Source: Alphaproteobacteria bacterium (GTDB lineage Bacteria > Pseudomonadota > Alphaproteobacteria > SP197). From it: a stretch of 64,000 bases of DNA. The DNA is taken from NCBI GenBank assembly GCA_964291265.2, contig OZ219747.1:4352001-4416000 (forward strand), read 5' to 3'. Below are positions 49,361-59,287 of this stretch, piece after piece (the stretch's first letter is position 1; each line of letters starts with the position of its first letter). The notes under the pieces were generated by a model. The model was not told the DNA's origin. It saw only the letters and a list, made by a program, of their open reading frames with translations, and made no database searches. The translations under genes were made by a program, and so were the position numbers.

Positions 49361-50280
49361 CAGTTCGGATTCGCGGCCGGCAGCTGCACCACGTCATCGG
49401 GGGTGAAGATCTGGCGCCGGTTGCAGAACTTGCACACCACCTCGATTTCGCCGTCCACCACGTACTCGTCGATACTGTCGGCCGGAAGGCGGCGCAACAT
49501 CGTCAACGCCCTTGTGTGCGAACAGCTGCATGCAAAACGGACATCCCTCGGTTCATGGACCCTCACGCCGATGTCGTGAAAGAGACGGTACAGCAGATCC
49601 CCGGAGGTGAGGAATGGATCGGTCAGTTCTCCGGCGGTCACCGAACTCAGCAGGATCATCGTGGTGTTCCAGGCGTTCTCCCGCTCGGCCAGGGTCACCG
49701 GCTCGTCTCCGGGACCGAGTTCGGCGATTCGCTGGAGGGCGAGGGCGCCGCTGCGCCAGCACCCTGCCTGGCGTTTCACGGCCACCTCCAGCGCCGTGTC
49801 GATCTGGTCCGACTGCCGGAAGAATCCGCGCATGCAATCGACAAGGTCCGATCCGTCGAGTTCGACAACGCTCTGGTAGGTGTCACTCTTCGACCCCTGA
49901 TCGACCGTCATCACGAGGACGCCCTTGCCGACCAGACCGGAAAGATGGGAAACGCCTGAGTCCAGGCGCTGCCGGTCGAATCCCGCGTAGGCACGCACGT
50001 CTCCGTCACTCGTGTAGTCGGCGACAAGCAGATGAACGGGCCCGTCTCCCCGGGATTCGGCGGTCATCCGTCCCTCGAACCTGAGACCGGCGCCAAGGAC
50101 CAGGGTCATCGTGATCAGTTCTCCCAGCACCCTGGAGATCGCTTCCGGATAATCATGCTGGCCGAGAATCCTGTCGAGCGCCGGACCGAGGCGCACCAAG
50201 CGTCCGCCGATCTGGAGTCGACCCAGGTTGAAAGGCTGGATCGCGTCATCCCTGCCGCTGATGTTCAGGTCATGCACCAT
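49360..50280 (-). CDS. hslO: Hsp33 chaperone
   Basis: GRLVRLG, HDYP, F.QSDQI, CSCS...CKFC zinc motif. Confidence 0.93.
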   Translation of the reverse strand: MVHDLNISGRDDAIQPFNLGRLQIGGRLVRLGPALDRILGQHDYPEAISRVLGELITMTLVLGAGLRFEGRMTAESRGDGPVHLLVADYTSDGDVRAYAGFDRQRLDSGVSHLSGLVGKGVLVMTVDQGSKSDTYQSVVELDGSDLVDCMRGFFRQSDQIDTALEVAVKRQAGCWRSGALALQRIAELGPGDEPVTLAERENAWNTTMILLSSVTAGELTDPFLTSGDLLYRLFHDIGVRVHEPRDVRFACSCSHTRALTMLRRLPADSIDEYVVDGEIEVVCKFCNRRQIFTPDDVVQLPAANPN

Positions 50281-51185
50281 CCCAGGATCGCCTTCTGGGC
50301 ATGCAGCCTGTTCTCCGCCTCGTCGAACACCACTGACTGTGGTCCGTCAGCCACGTCCACGGAAACCTCCCTGCCCCGGTACATGGGCATGCAATGCATG
50401 AAGATGGCATTGTCGCGAGCAAGCGACATGGCCCTGGCATCGATGCGAAACGCCTCCAGCGCTGTCGAGTCAATGTCCCCGGTCCGCCCGCGTTCATCAC
50501 TCATGGACACCCAGGTGTCGGTCACCACGCAATCCGCATCCCGGACGGCCTCATCGACGGTATCGACGATGTGCATACGCGCATCATGTGCAAGGGCCCA
50601 GTCGACAACCTCCTGCGGAGGCCGGTAGAGGGGTGGGCAGGCGATGCGCAGTTCGAAACCGAAACGGGCGGCCGCATGGATCCACGAACAGGCCATGTTG
50701 TTGCCGTCGCCAGCCCAGGCGACGGTCCTCTCCGAGATCGGCCCGAGGTGTTCCTCCACTGTCATGACGTCGGCCATCAACTGCGAGGGATGAGTACGGT
50801 CCGTCAGGCCGTTGATCACGGGCACCGTCGCGTGGCGCGCCAGGTCGAGCATCTTGGCGTGATCAGTCGTGCGAATCATGATGGCATCGACGTAGCGGGA
50901 GAGCACCCGCGCCGTGTCGGCGACCGACTCGCCGCGGCCAAGCTGCATGTCGCCTGGCGCCAGATTGATGACATGACCGCCAAGCTGGCGCATGGCGACA
51001 TCGAACGACACCCGCGTGCGAGTGGACGGCTTCTCGAAGATGGTCGCGAGGACCATGTCGAGGAGAGGCCGCGGCCGGTCGTTCTCACGCCAGCGCCGCT
51101 TGAGGTCATGGGCACTCTCAAGCATGGCCTGCAGATCGCGTTCCCCGAGCTCCGAAATATCGAGGAAATGGCGTACCGGGTTCAT
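50265..51185 (-). CDS. argF: Ornithine carbamoyltransferase
   Basis: FEKPSTRTR, HPSQ, DTWVSM, FMHCMP, EAENR. Confidence 0.97.
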   Translation of the reverse strand: MNPVRHFLDISELGERDLQAMLESAHDLKRRWRENDRPRPLLDMVLATIFEKPSTRTRVSFDVAMRQLGGHVINLAPGDMQLGRGESVADTARVLSRYVDAIMIRTTDHAKMLDLARHATVPVINGLTDRTHPSQLMADVMTVEEHLGPISERTVAWAGDGNNMACSWIHAAARFGFELRIACPPLYRPPQEVVDWALAHDARMHIVDTVDEAVRDADCVVTDTWVSMSDERGRTGDIDSTALEAFRIDARAMSLARDNAIFMHCMPMYRGREVSVDVADGPQSVVFDEAENRLHAQKAILGWCMT

Positions 51186-52354
51186 GGCGCGAGCTCGTCC
51201 GCCGTCCGGTCAAGCGCCTCGAGGGCCACGTCGACTTCCTCGTCGCTCACCACGAGTGGAGGCAGAAAGCGAACCATGTTGTCGCCTGCCGGCACCGTGA
51301 GCACATGCCGGCGGTTCATGGCGGCCACGATGTCGCCCGCCGGCACATGACTTCTTATGCCCAGCATGAAACCCAGCCCGCGCACGTGATCGAGGACTGC
51401 GGGGTGGCGCTCAATGGTCTCCTCTACACCACGCCGGAGCCGATCGGCCCTCGTGCGGACTGACTCGAAGAAACCCTCTTCCAGCATGACGTCGAGCACG
51501 GCATTGGCGACGGCCGTGGCGAGCGGGTTGCCGCCGAAGGTGGATCCATGGCTTCCCGGCACCAGCACCTCGCCCGCTTCGCCCGTCGCCAGGCATGCGC
51601 CAATCGGAAATCCGCCACCCAGAGCCTTTGCCGCAGCCATGATGTCGGGCGTGACACCACTCCATTCATGGGCAAACAGCCTGCCCGTACGGCCCATGCC
51701 GCACTGGACCTCGTCGTAGATCACCAGCAGGCCGAATTCGTCAGCCGCGCTGCGCACCATCTCGAGGAACGCGTGGTTGACCGGGGTGATGCCGCCTTCA
51801 CCCTGGACCGGTTCAAGAAGGATGGCCGCCGTCTCGGGCCCGATGGCCTCGCGCAACGCGTTCGAATCATGGAGCGGGACCTGATCGAAACCTTCGGCAG
51901 GAGGGCCGAATCCCTCCAAGTGCTTGGCTGTGCCTCCCGCCGCAATGGCCGTCAGCGTGCGCCCGTGGAAGGCGCCGTCGAAGGTAATGGTGCGGTATCG
52001 TTCCGGGTGCCCCTTGGTGAACTGGTATCGCCGTGCCGTCTTCAGCGCACACTCGATGGCTTCGGCACCCGAGTTGGCGAAGAACACGCTTGACGCAAAC
52101 GTCGCATCGACGAGGCGCCGGGCCAGCCGTTCCTGGTTGGGGATCCTGTAGAGATTGGATGTGTGCCACAGTTCGCCGGCCTGCTGCGTGATGGCGTCGA
52201 CGAGCCTGGGATGGGAATGTCCCAGACTGGCGACAGCGATACCACTGCCAAAGTCGAGGTAGCGTTCGCCGTCCTTGGTGAAGAGCCAGCAGCCCGCCCC
52301 CCGCACGAACTCGAGATCGAAGCGGGCATAGGTCTGCATGAGAGGTTCGGTCAT
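51182..52354 (-). CDS. argD: Acetylornithine aminotransferase
   Basis: NSGAEA, FHGRT, EPVQGEGG, DEVQCGMGRTG, AKALGGG, HGSTFGGNP. Confidence 0.96.
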   Translation of the reverse strand: MTEPLMQTYARFDLEFVRGAGCWLFTKDGERYLDFGSGIAVASLGHSHPRLVDAITQQAGELWHTSNLYRIPNQERLARRLVDATFASSVFFANSGAEAIECALKTARRYQFTKGHPERYRTITFDGAFHGRTLTAIAAGGTAKHLEGFGPPAEGFDQVPLHDSNALREAIGPETAAILLEPVQGEGGITPVNHAFLEMVRSAADEFGLLVIYDEVQCGMGRTGRLFAHEWSGVTPDIMAAAKALGGGFPIGACLATGEAGEVLVPGSHGSTFGGNPLATAVANAVLDVMLEEGFFESVRTRADRLRRGVEETIERHPAVLDHVRGLGFMLGIRSHVPAGDIVAAMNRRHVLTVPAGDNMVRFLPPLVVSDEEVDVALEALDRTADELAP

Positions 52355-52570
52355 GACACTCTGCCGTATCCAGAAAAATGATGTGGGGAAGGATCCTTCC
52401 CCCGACTATCCTTTCCCGCAGTGATGCTGTCAATTCGCCCGGTTGCCGGAACGTCAATGCAGAGATCGGTTCGATATCCGATGTAGCTGTTGTCGCATCA
52501 TGGAGCGCTGACCTATTGTGCAGCGACGATTCGGGGTGAACCCGGCATTGATGGTGAGTGGGATGAGTGC

Positions 52571-53320
52571 ATGTCGATGTCTCGCATGATGAGGGTGCCG
52601 ACCGTTGCCGCTGTCGTCATGCTTGCCGCTGCCTGCGCCGAAGTCCCGGATGACCCTGTCGAGCACGATGTCTTCCTGCAAACGAACGATCCTCTCGAGC
52701 CCGCCAACCGCATCGTGTTCGATTTTGACGTTGCCATCCTTGATCATGCGCTGAGCCCGGTTGCCCTCGCCTACCGGGATCACGTTCCCGAGCCGATACG
52801 CGGCGGCCTCAGCAATGTGCTCGACAACCTGCAGATGCCGGTCACCATCCTCAACAGCGGCCTGCAGGGCGATTTCGACAACATGGCCGAGGCGACGATG
52901 TCCTTCTTCATCAATTCGACCGCCGGCATCGGCGGACTGTTCGACATCCCCGCCAATGCGGGACGGGAACCTCGAAGGGAGGATTTCGGTCAGACACTTG
53001 CAGTCTGGGGATTGGCTGAAGGCTCCTATCTCGTCCTGCCTTTTGCCGGACCATCGACCGCCAGGGACGCAGTCGGCCTGGGAGTCGACATTCTGACCGA
53101 CCCCCTCACCTGGCTGCTGACTCCGGGGTGGAGTTATCTGCGGTCCGGTGCCGATGTCATCGACAGCACGGCACGCCAGCACGACAGGATCGAGGCGGCG
53201 CGACAGGGCAGCATCGACTTCTACGCCACAACGCGCACACTCTATCGCCAGGTCCGGGCGCGCGAGATTGCCAATGGAATGGCGGACCCCTTCGAACCAG
53301 ACGATCCTTTCGAGGAGTGA
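52571..53320 (+). CDS. mlaA: MlaA/VacJ lipoprotein
   Basis: AAAC lipobox, NDPLEPANR, NSTAGIGGLFD, EDFGQTL, GPSTARD. Confidence 0.93.
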   Translation: MSMSRMMRVPTVAAVVMLAAACAEVPDDPVEHDVFLQTNDPLEPANRIVFDFDVAILDHALSPVALAYRDHVPEPIRGGLSNVLDNLQMPVTILNSGLQGDFDNMAEATMSFFINSTAGIGGLFDIPANAGREPRREDFGQTLAVWGLAEGSYLVLPFAGPSTARDAVGLGVDILTDPLTWLLTPGWSYLRSGADVIDSTARQHDRIEAARQGSIDFYATTRTLYRQVRAREIANGMADPFEPDDPFEE

Positions 53321-53322
53321 CC

Positions 53323-53928
53323 ATGGGACGACTCACCTGGCATCGCATCGCGCCGGTGCTCCTTGTTTCGACTTTCCTCTGGACACCGGTCAGCGCCGGC
53401 TCACTGGAAGAGGCAACCGATTTCGTGGCCCAGGGGGCGGAACGCCTCCTGGCCATCATGACACTTCCACCCGGCCCCGAGCGAAGGGACAGCTTCGCGC
53501 GGTGGATCGCCTCGACAGTCGATCATGACGTCATGGCCAACCGGGCGCTCGGGCGCTATCTCGACGTGGCGACGGACGCCGAGTTGCAGGCCTACACGGT
53601 CGCTTTCCACAACTACATCATCGTCACATATGAAAGGCGGCTGGAGACCTTTTCCGGCTACTCGCTGAAGGTGGAGCGGTCCCGCGCCCTGAATGACAAC
53701 GATGTCGTCGTGCGCACCACCATCAGGGCGCCGGATGGCGGCAGGACGATTGTCGACTTCCGTCTCGGCAACGACAACGGCGACCAATGGCGGCTTACGG
53801 ACTTCGCCATTGAAGGCCTCTCCATGGTGAAGACACTGCGTGACGAGTTTGCCGGAGTGATCCGGCGCGATGGCATCGAGGGGCTGACCGCGCTCATCGA
53901 GAGCAATGTCGCCGAATCGGCCCTGTGA
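53323..53928 (+). CDS. mlaC: MlaC/Ttg2D phospholipid-binding protein
   Basis: Signal peptide, ALGRY, VDFRL, D.AIEGLSM...RDEF. Confidence 0.85.
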   Translation: MGRLTWHRIAPVLLVSTFLWTPVSAGSLEEATDFVAQGAERLLAIMTLPPGPERRDSFARWIASTVDHDVMANRALGRYLDVATDAELQAYTVAFHNYIIVTYERRLETFSGYSLKVERSRALNDNDVVVRTTIRAPDGGRTIVDFRLGNDNGDQWRLTDFAIEGLSMVKTLRDEFAGVIRRDGIEGLTALIESNVAESAL

Positions 53929-54719
53929 TGCAGCACACGATCAACAGTGGCGGCGTCCCTCTCCGCGTGCGCGAGGACGGCGAGGGAACCGATCTCGTGC
54001 TCGTCCATGGCGTCGGCGCATCCCTGGAAGCCTGGAACGAGGTCGTATCCTGTCTGGGCAGGGGGTTCCGCACCATCCGCCTGGACCTGAGGGGGCATGG
54101 CGCGTCCGGCAAGCCGTCCGGCCCCTACCACATCGACGACCTTGTCGACGACGTCATGGCCGTGTTGGACCGTTTCGGGATTGTGTCATGCCACCTTGCA
54201 GGCCACTCCCTGGGGGCTCTCATTGCCCAGGGTGTGGCTTTGGCCCATCCCCGGCGTCTGGATCGGCTTGTTCTTCTCTCCGGCATCGCGGGACGCACGG
54301 CCGAGGAACGCCGCCGGGTGGAAAGGCGGCTGACCATGGTCGCCAACGGTATCCCGGGCGCCCATTTCGAGGCCTCCGTCAGCCGCTGGTTCACCGATGA
54401 CTTCATCCGACGCCATCCCGACATCATCGCCCGTCAGGCCGAAGCCAACCGGCGCAATGATCCGGCGGCCTATGCCGCCTCCTACCGCGTCCTCACCGAG
54501 ACCGACTTTGCCGAACGCCTGTGCGACATCACGGCGCAGACGCTGATCGTGACAGGGGAACATGATCTCGGATCGAATGCCCGCATGGCCCGCTATATGC
54601 ACACGACCATCCCCCATTCATCGCTCCACATCCTCCCCGGTCTCAAGCACGCCATCCTGACCGAAGCCCCTGACGAGGTGGCCCGGCTCATCAGGGAATT
54701 CATCGGGCAACACGCCTGA
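53928..54719 (+). CDS. Alpha/beta hydrolase (3-oxoadipate enol-lactonase-like)
   Basis: LVHGVG, DLRGHG, GHSLG nucleophile, GEHD, H. Confidence 0.9.
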   Translation: MQHTINSGGVPLRVREDGEGTDLVLVHGVGASLEAWNEVVSCLGRGFRTIRLDLRGHGASGKPSGPYHIDDLVDDVMAVLDRFGIVSCHLAGHSLGALIAQGVALAHPRRLDRLVLLSGIAGRTAEERRRVERRLTMVANGIPGAHFEASVSRWFTDDFIRRHPDIIARQAEANRRNDPAAYAASYRVLTETDFAERLCDITAQTLIVTGEHDLGSNARMARYMHTTIPHSSLHILPGLKHAILTEAPDEVARLIREFIGQHA

Positions 54720-55159
54720 ATTCGGTCTGCGGCATCTCGATCACCGGCGGGTCCGCAGCGGCCCATTGGCAGGTGTGTCGTGCAGCGCACCGTCCGTGAC
54801 GGCCAGGGTCCCGCCTCGCCGCTGCACGCGAGAGGCGCAGATGTCGTCGATCGTTCCGGCCGGATATCGATCGCCGGACATCGCCCGGGCTCGAGGGCCT
54901 TGATCGTGGCCTGATTGCGGGTCGCCGTCCGTTGCGGAGATCCGGGCGGGCCGGCTCCGCGCGGCGCCCACAACGCGTCGGTCGGCATGCAGCGGCCTGC
55001 CGAGGCCGTTGAGAAAACTGCTTGCAGACCGCGCTGTCAAAGCTGGCTCGATCGGCACCGCCGACAACAGCCGGAACTTGAGGTGGTCACCCAGCGTCCC
55101 GACCACTTGCCGCAGCGACGCCCGATCAGAGAGTGACCGGGATCTGGTCAAGAAGCACC

Positions 55160-55450
55160 GACCGTTCCTCGTTGAGCTCGGTGCCCTTCATCGGGCCCTC
55201 ATCGGATTGATGGCGCCACGACCATGGATGTCGTCGAGCCTGGCGAGCATCCCGGCCGAGGCCGAAGCATGCATCGCCAGACGACGGAACGCACTGTCCG
55301 AGAAGAGGCCCTCGAGAGTCCATGGACAGGTCTTCATGCAACGCCCGCACACTCCCGCCCGCCGCATTGGTGATCCGGCAGCGCCTGCAGTATTCCGGAC
55401 CGGAGCGCTGGATCTCGTAGCCGTTGGACATCGACCTCGTTCCGTGCACC
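55160..55450 (-). pseudogene. Reductive dehalogenase (catabolic RdhA-like) C-terminal remnant
   Basis: Across frames: NGYEIQRSGPEYCRRCRITNAAG / VCGRCMKTCPWTLEGLFSDSAFRRLAM...LARLDDIHGRGAINP, containing the second Fe-S motif CxxCxxxCP. Confidence 0.7.
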
Positions 55451-55456
55451 CGGCAT

Positions 55457-56335
55457 TCACTGATCCCGGTTCACGCGTGAAACCGGAATGCTCTGCGTCT
55501 CGAACAGCGCCCGCGGACTTCCCATTTCGTAGTAGCCCAGGAAGCCGGATTTCTCGCGGCCGGAGCCGTCATAGATCTCGTAGCCCAGAAGTTCGCGGGC
55601 GCGGACGGGCAGGCGCGCCACGACTTCGAGCGGCAGGTTGAGATAGCTGTTTTCGACCGGCCGCAGCCAACCCAGACAATAGGAGAACGAGATGGCGCGG
55701 CGTCTCGCGCCGTCCGTGTTGGCGCCGCCGGCATGCGTGCAGTCGCCCCGGATGACGGCGATCGAGCCGGTCGGCATCACGGCCTGCGCGACCTCCCCGG
55801 CGGCAGGCTCGCGCCTGTCCTCCCACAGATGACTGCCGGGCACGACGAGCGTTGCGCCGTTCGTTGCCGTGAAGTCCGTGCCGGCGAGCATGATGTTCAT
55901 CTGCAGCAGCCTTGCGCCGACCCGCGGCCAGACGGGCCAGGAGCCGTCATCGATGTGGAAGCGCTGCGCGGTCTCCCCGCCCCTGATCTCGATCAGCTCG
56001 CCGGCGCTGAAGAGATAACTGGAGCAGTGCGGCAGAAGGTAGTGGTCCATCAGCGTCAGCAGTCGCGCGTCGATCATCAGTTCGGCAAAACTCGGGGCCT
56101 TGGCAAGCAGTCCGTGCAGGCGAACCGTCCGGTCGCCCAGAAACTCGTCGATCGCCTGGTTGCCGAAGACGTATCGCCTCGCCCTGTCGACGGCGGGTTG
56201 GATCTCGGCATTGAAGCGTTCGAGCCAATTCGCCGCCACGAAGTCCCTCACGATTGCGACGCCGTCTGCGTCAACGGCCTCGATGATGTCCTCAACACTG
56301 GCATCACCCGGCAGAAGCCTGACTTCCGCAGCCAT
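55457..56335 (-). CDS. Phytanoyl-CoA dioxygenase family (PhyH) Fe(II)/2OG dioxygenase
   Basis: QRFHIDD (HxD), DFTATNGATLVVPGSH, HAGGAN, R; RBS aggaag. Confidence 0.92.
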   Translation of the reverse strand: MAAEVRLLPGDASVEDIIEAVDADGVAIVRDFVAANWLERFNAEIQPAVDRARRYVFGNQAIDEFLGDRTVRLHGLLAKAPSFAELMIDARLLTLMDHYLLPHCSSYLFSAGELIEIRGGETAQRFHIDDGSWPVWPRVGARLLQMNIMLAGTDFTATNGATLVVPGSHLWEDRREPAAGEVAQAVMPTGSIAVIRGDCTHAGGANTDGARRRAISFSYCLGWLRPVENSYLNLPLEVVARLPVRARELLGYEIYDGSGREKSGFLGYYEMGSPRALFETQSIPVSRVNRDQ

Positions 56336-56526
56336 TGATTTCTTCCTGTCGTCCGATCCGGATGCTAGTGCAATGGACATTTCTGCGCCAACCGGGCGGG
56401 CCGCCCGGCATGACGGGTGCAGGACGCGGATGGCCGGTGGCAGGGACCGAAACGCTCGTCAACCCGCGTTTCCAGAACGAGCCGGCTCCGCGACGACGCG
56501 GCCTCAGCTCGAGATCGGGCGACCTG

Positions 56527-57522
56527 CTACATCTCGGTCACCGGCAGGCGCGGTGTGGCTGCCGGCAGCGGACTGATTCCGGCATCGAGGTAGTCCCAGC
56601 CCGCCAGGGCGATCATGGCGCCATTGTCAGTCGACCACTTCAACGGCGGCAGACAGATTTCGACTCCGGCGTTGGCCGCGAGTTCACCCATGCTGTGGCG
56701 CAGTTGCTGGCTTGCGGCAACACCTCCGACGACCACCAGAGAACGGCTTGGAGCAGCGTCGAGGGCGCGTCGGCACTTGGTAACGAGAACGTCCATGACG
56801 ACATCGACAAAGGACGCGGCAAGATCAGCGTGATCGGTTGCCGGTGAACGTTCGAGCGTGCGTGCAACTGCCGACTTCAACCCCGAGAAGGAGAACTCCA
56901 AGCCCTCGCGGATCATCGGCCGCGGCAGCTCGAGCAGGGGCTGGCCCTGCTTCGCCAGGCGGTCTATGAGCGGCCCTCCCGGAAATCCCATGCCCATGAG
57001 GCGGGCGACCTTGTCGTAGGCTTCACCGACTGAATCGTCGCGCGTCGCCCCGAGAACACGCACATTCCGGCGGTCCGCCATGTGGGCGAGAAAGGTGTGT
57101 CCCCCCGACACAAGGAGAATGGTCGCCGGAAACGTCACTCTGGCCTCCTCGAGATCGGCACTGCGCAGGTGGCCCCGCAGGTGGTTGACCCCGATCACCG
57201 GAACATCCCAAGCGATGGCGAGGGCCGCCGCCGCATTGAGCCCCACCAGGAGAGAACCGATCAGACCCGGTCCGCGTGTCACCGCGATGGCGGCAAGCCG
57301 ATCCGGCGATGCCCCTGCATCCCGCATCACCTGGTCGATCGCCGGAATGATGGCCCGCACATGGGCGCGCGACGCCAGTTCCGGCCACACACCGCCCCAG
57401 CAGGCGTGGATGGCATCCTGGCGCGCCACTCCGGACGCCAGCACGCGGCCTCCCCTGTCGACGACGGCAACAGCCGTGTCGTCGCAGGAGGACTCGATCC
57501 CCAGGACGAGGTCCGGGCTCAC
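56527..57522 (-). CDS. tsaD: t6A37 threonylcarbamoyltransferase TsaD
   Basis: LGIESSCDDT, GGVWPELASRAH, NHLRGH, LLVSGGHT, DDSVGEAYDK, FSFSGLK, TDNGAMIA. Confidence 0.93.
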   Translation of the reverse strand: MSPDLVLGIESSCDDTAVAVVDRGGRVLASGVARQDAIHACWGGVWPELASRAHVRAIIPAIDQVMRDAGASPDRLAAIAVTRGPGLIGSLLVGLNAAAALAIAWDVPVIGVNHLRGHLRSADLEEARVTFPATILLVSGGHTFLAHMADRRNVRVLGATRDDSVGEAYDKVARLMGMGFPGGPLIDRLAKQGQPLLELPRPMIREGLEFSFSGLKSAVARTLERSPATDHADLAASFVDVVMDVLVTKCRRALDAAPSRSLVVVGGVAASQQLRHSMGELAANAGVEICLPPLKWSTDNGAMIALAGWDYLDAGISPLPAATPRLPVTEM

Positions 57523-58145
57523 CCCAGAATCTCCATGATCCTGGACTGGCTGACGAAACCTTCGCGCTCGATGACGGGTGGTTCGACGGCACAGTTGACG
57601 AGAGAGGAAGGCACGCCCTCGCGCCGTCCTCCGTCAACCGCCATGGCCGGCTCGTGTGCGAGTTGAAGAAGAATGTCCTCTACCGTCTGCATCGTCGGCA
57701 GGCCATGAAGATTGGCGCTGGTGACAAGAAGCGGACCAGCGGCATGGAGGAGGTTCAGCATGAACGGATCCGCAGGAATACGGACCGCTACTTCGTGGCG
57801 TCCTTCCAGCCATGAACAGGGACCCTCGCGACCGAATCCGAAAACCACCGTCAACGGTCCCGGCACCAGGTCCGATTCAAGCAGGCGACGGGCTCCCTCG
57901 CCGACTCCGACGCCCAGCGTAGCGAGGCGGTCCGGCGAATTCACCATGACCGGAAGGTTCCTCCGCCGGGGACGCTGCTTGAGAACGAACAGGTGATCGA
58001 TGGCGTTGTCGTCATCGGGACTGACGGCGAGACCGTAGACCGTATCCGTCGGCAGGAGGACAACGCCACCTGCCTCGAGGACGCGATGCGCCTTGCCGAC
58101 GGTGTCACGCCCGCACGCGGCAAGGATGTCAACCACGATCGTCAT
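57519..58145 (-). CDS. tsaC: Threonylcarbamoyl-AMP synthase, single-domain TsaC/YrdC
   Basis: PTDTVYGL, KQRP, PGPLT, VAVRIP, TSANLHG; no Sua5 C-terminal domain. Confidence 0.9.
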   Translation of the reverse strand: MTIVVDILAACGRDTVGKAHRVLEAGGVVLLPTDTVYGLAVSPDDDNAIDHLFVLKQRPRRRNLPVMVNSPDRLATLGVGVGEGARRLLESDLVPGPLTVVFGFGREGPCSWLEGRHEVAVRIPADPFMLNLLHAAGPLLVTSANLHGLPTMQTVEDILLQLAHEPAMAVDGGRREGVPSSLVNCAVEPPVIEREGFVSQSRIMEILG

Positions 58146-58770
58146 TCCCGGTCGCCAGAGAGGCCGCCGTGAGCGGCTCGAGAGGTTCACGCGTGGTGTG
58201 TCCGCTGGCGAAGGCCTTGTCCGCACAGCGCACCAGGGTGGCGGTGCTTGCCGCGGCAGCACCGATCCTGCTGCCTGGAAAGAGCGCCGTCACGTCAGGT
58301 GTGACAATGCCGGCCAGGACAATGTCAGGCATTCGGGCACGGCAATGCCGGGCCAGTGTGGCGAGATCATCGACCATGAGCGGCCCCTCCCCTTCCCTGA
58401 AGAACCCCTGACCTGCGGTGGTCGGCCTGATGCAGACGACCGCGGAGCAGGCCCCTGTCTCGGCCGTGACGAGATCGAAGTAGTCGAGTGGAACGAGGGG
58501 GACTCCCAGCCCCCAGGCCAGCGCGTTGGCGAAGGTCACGCCACCGCGTGTCGCAGTGAGACCGCCAGGACCTAGATCGACGGCGATGGCATCAACATCG
58601 CACTTCCGCAGACCGGTCCCGTCCAGGCCCCGGCGCACGGCATCACCAAGGTACACGGGCCCGTCCACCATTCCGTCTTCGGGGCTGTCCTCGAAGAGCA
58701 CCCGGCCGGATTCCCCGAACGCCACCATGATCGACGGCGCGGCGGTCTCGATGCAGAGGATCGTGGTCAC
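58129..58770 (-). CDS. tsaB: TsaB (divergent)
   Basis: ILCIETA, DAIAVDLGPGGLTATRGG (canonical GPGSFTGLRIG); operon context. Confidence 0.82.
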   Translation of the reverse strand: MTTILCIETAAPSIMVAFGESGRVLFEDSPEDGMVDGPVYLGDAVRRGLDGTGLRKCDVDAIAVDLGPGGLTATRGGVTFANALAWGLGVPLVPLDYFDLVTAETGACSAVVCIRPTTAGQGFFREGEGPLMVDDLATLARHCRARMPDIVLAGIVTPDVTALFPGSRIGAAAASTATLVRCADKAFASGHTTREPLEPLTAASLATGNDDRG

Positions 58771-59234
58771 GGGGCGAGGGCGCCGGACAGCGGCCAGGAC
58801 CGGCCGCGTCGTCTGATGGTGCAGCGACGCGAGGCGTCGCCCGATCGACCGAATTCGAGAACGAGTCCGAGGTGCACGGGGTGGGCGTCGGCAACCCTGT
58901 CACCCCATTCCACCATGGTGATGGCACCGTGAGCGAAGTCCTCCGCGCCGAGGTCCACGTACTCCTCCACACCCGACAGGCGATAGGCATCGAGATGCAA
59001 CACCGGCAGGCGAGGCGTTTCGTAGACATGCATCAGCGTGTAGGTCGGACTTGTCACCTGGTCAGTCGAGCCAAGGGCTGCCACGAAGGCGCTCACGAGG
59101 CGAGTCTTGCCGACACCGATGGGGCCTTCGAGCAGCACGACATCCCCCGCCCCCAGGAGGGCCCCAAGATCTGCTGCCAGGCCTTCGAGCGCGGCAACGT
59201 CGGCAAGTTCACGGACCTCGTCGGCGGGCATCAT
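58767..59234 (-). CDS. tsaE: TsaE ATPase
   Basis: LEGPIGVGKT, VTSPTYTL, HLDAYRL, VEWG. Confidence 0.92.
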   Translation of the reverse strand: MMPADEVRELADVAALEGLAADLGALLGAGDVVLLEGPIGVGKTRLVSAFVAALGSTDQVTSPTYTLMHVYETPRLPVLHLDAYRLSGVEEYVDLGAEDFAHGAITMVEWGDRVADAHPVHLGLVLEFGRSGDASRRCTIRRRGRSWPLSGALAP

Positions 59235-59268
59235 GGCGCTCAGGGAATCTCCAGAGGAACGGGTGAAC

Positions 59269-59287
59269 TGGCGGGCCCGTCAGGACT
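59269..59287 (-). repeat. Degenerate copy of the tRNA-Ile2 3' end (att-like)
   Basis: tggcgggcccgtcaggact versus tggtgggcccggcaggact at 60669-60687; 17/19 identical, direct orientation. Confidence 0.75.
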
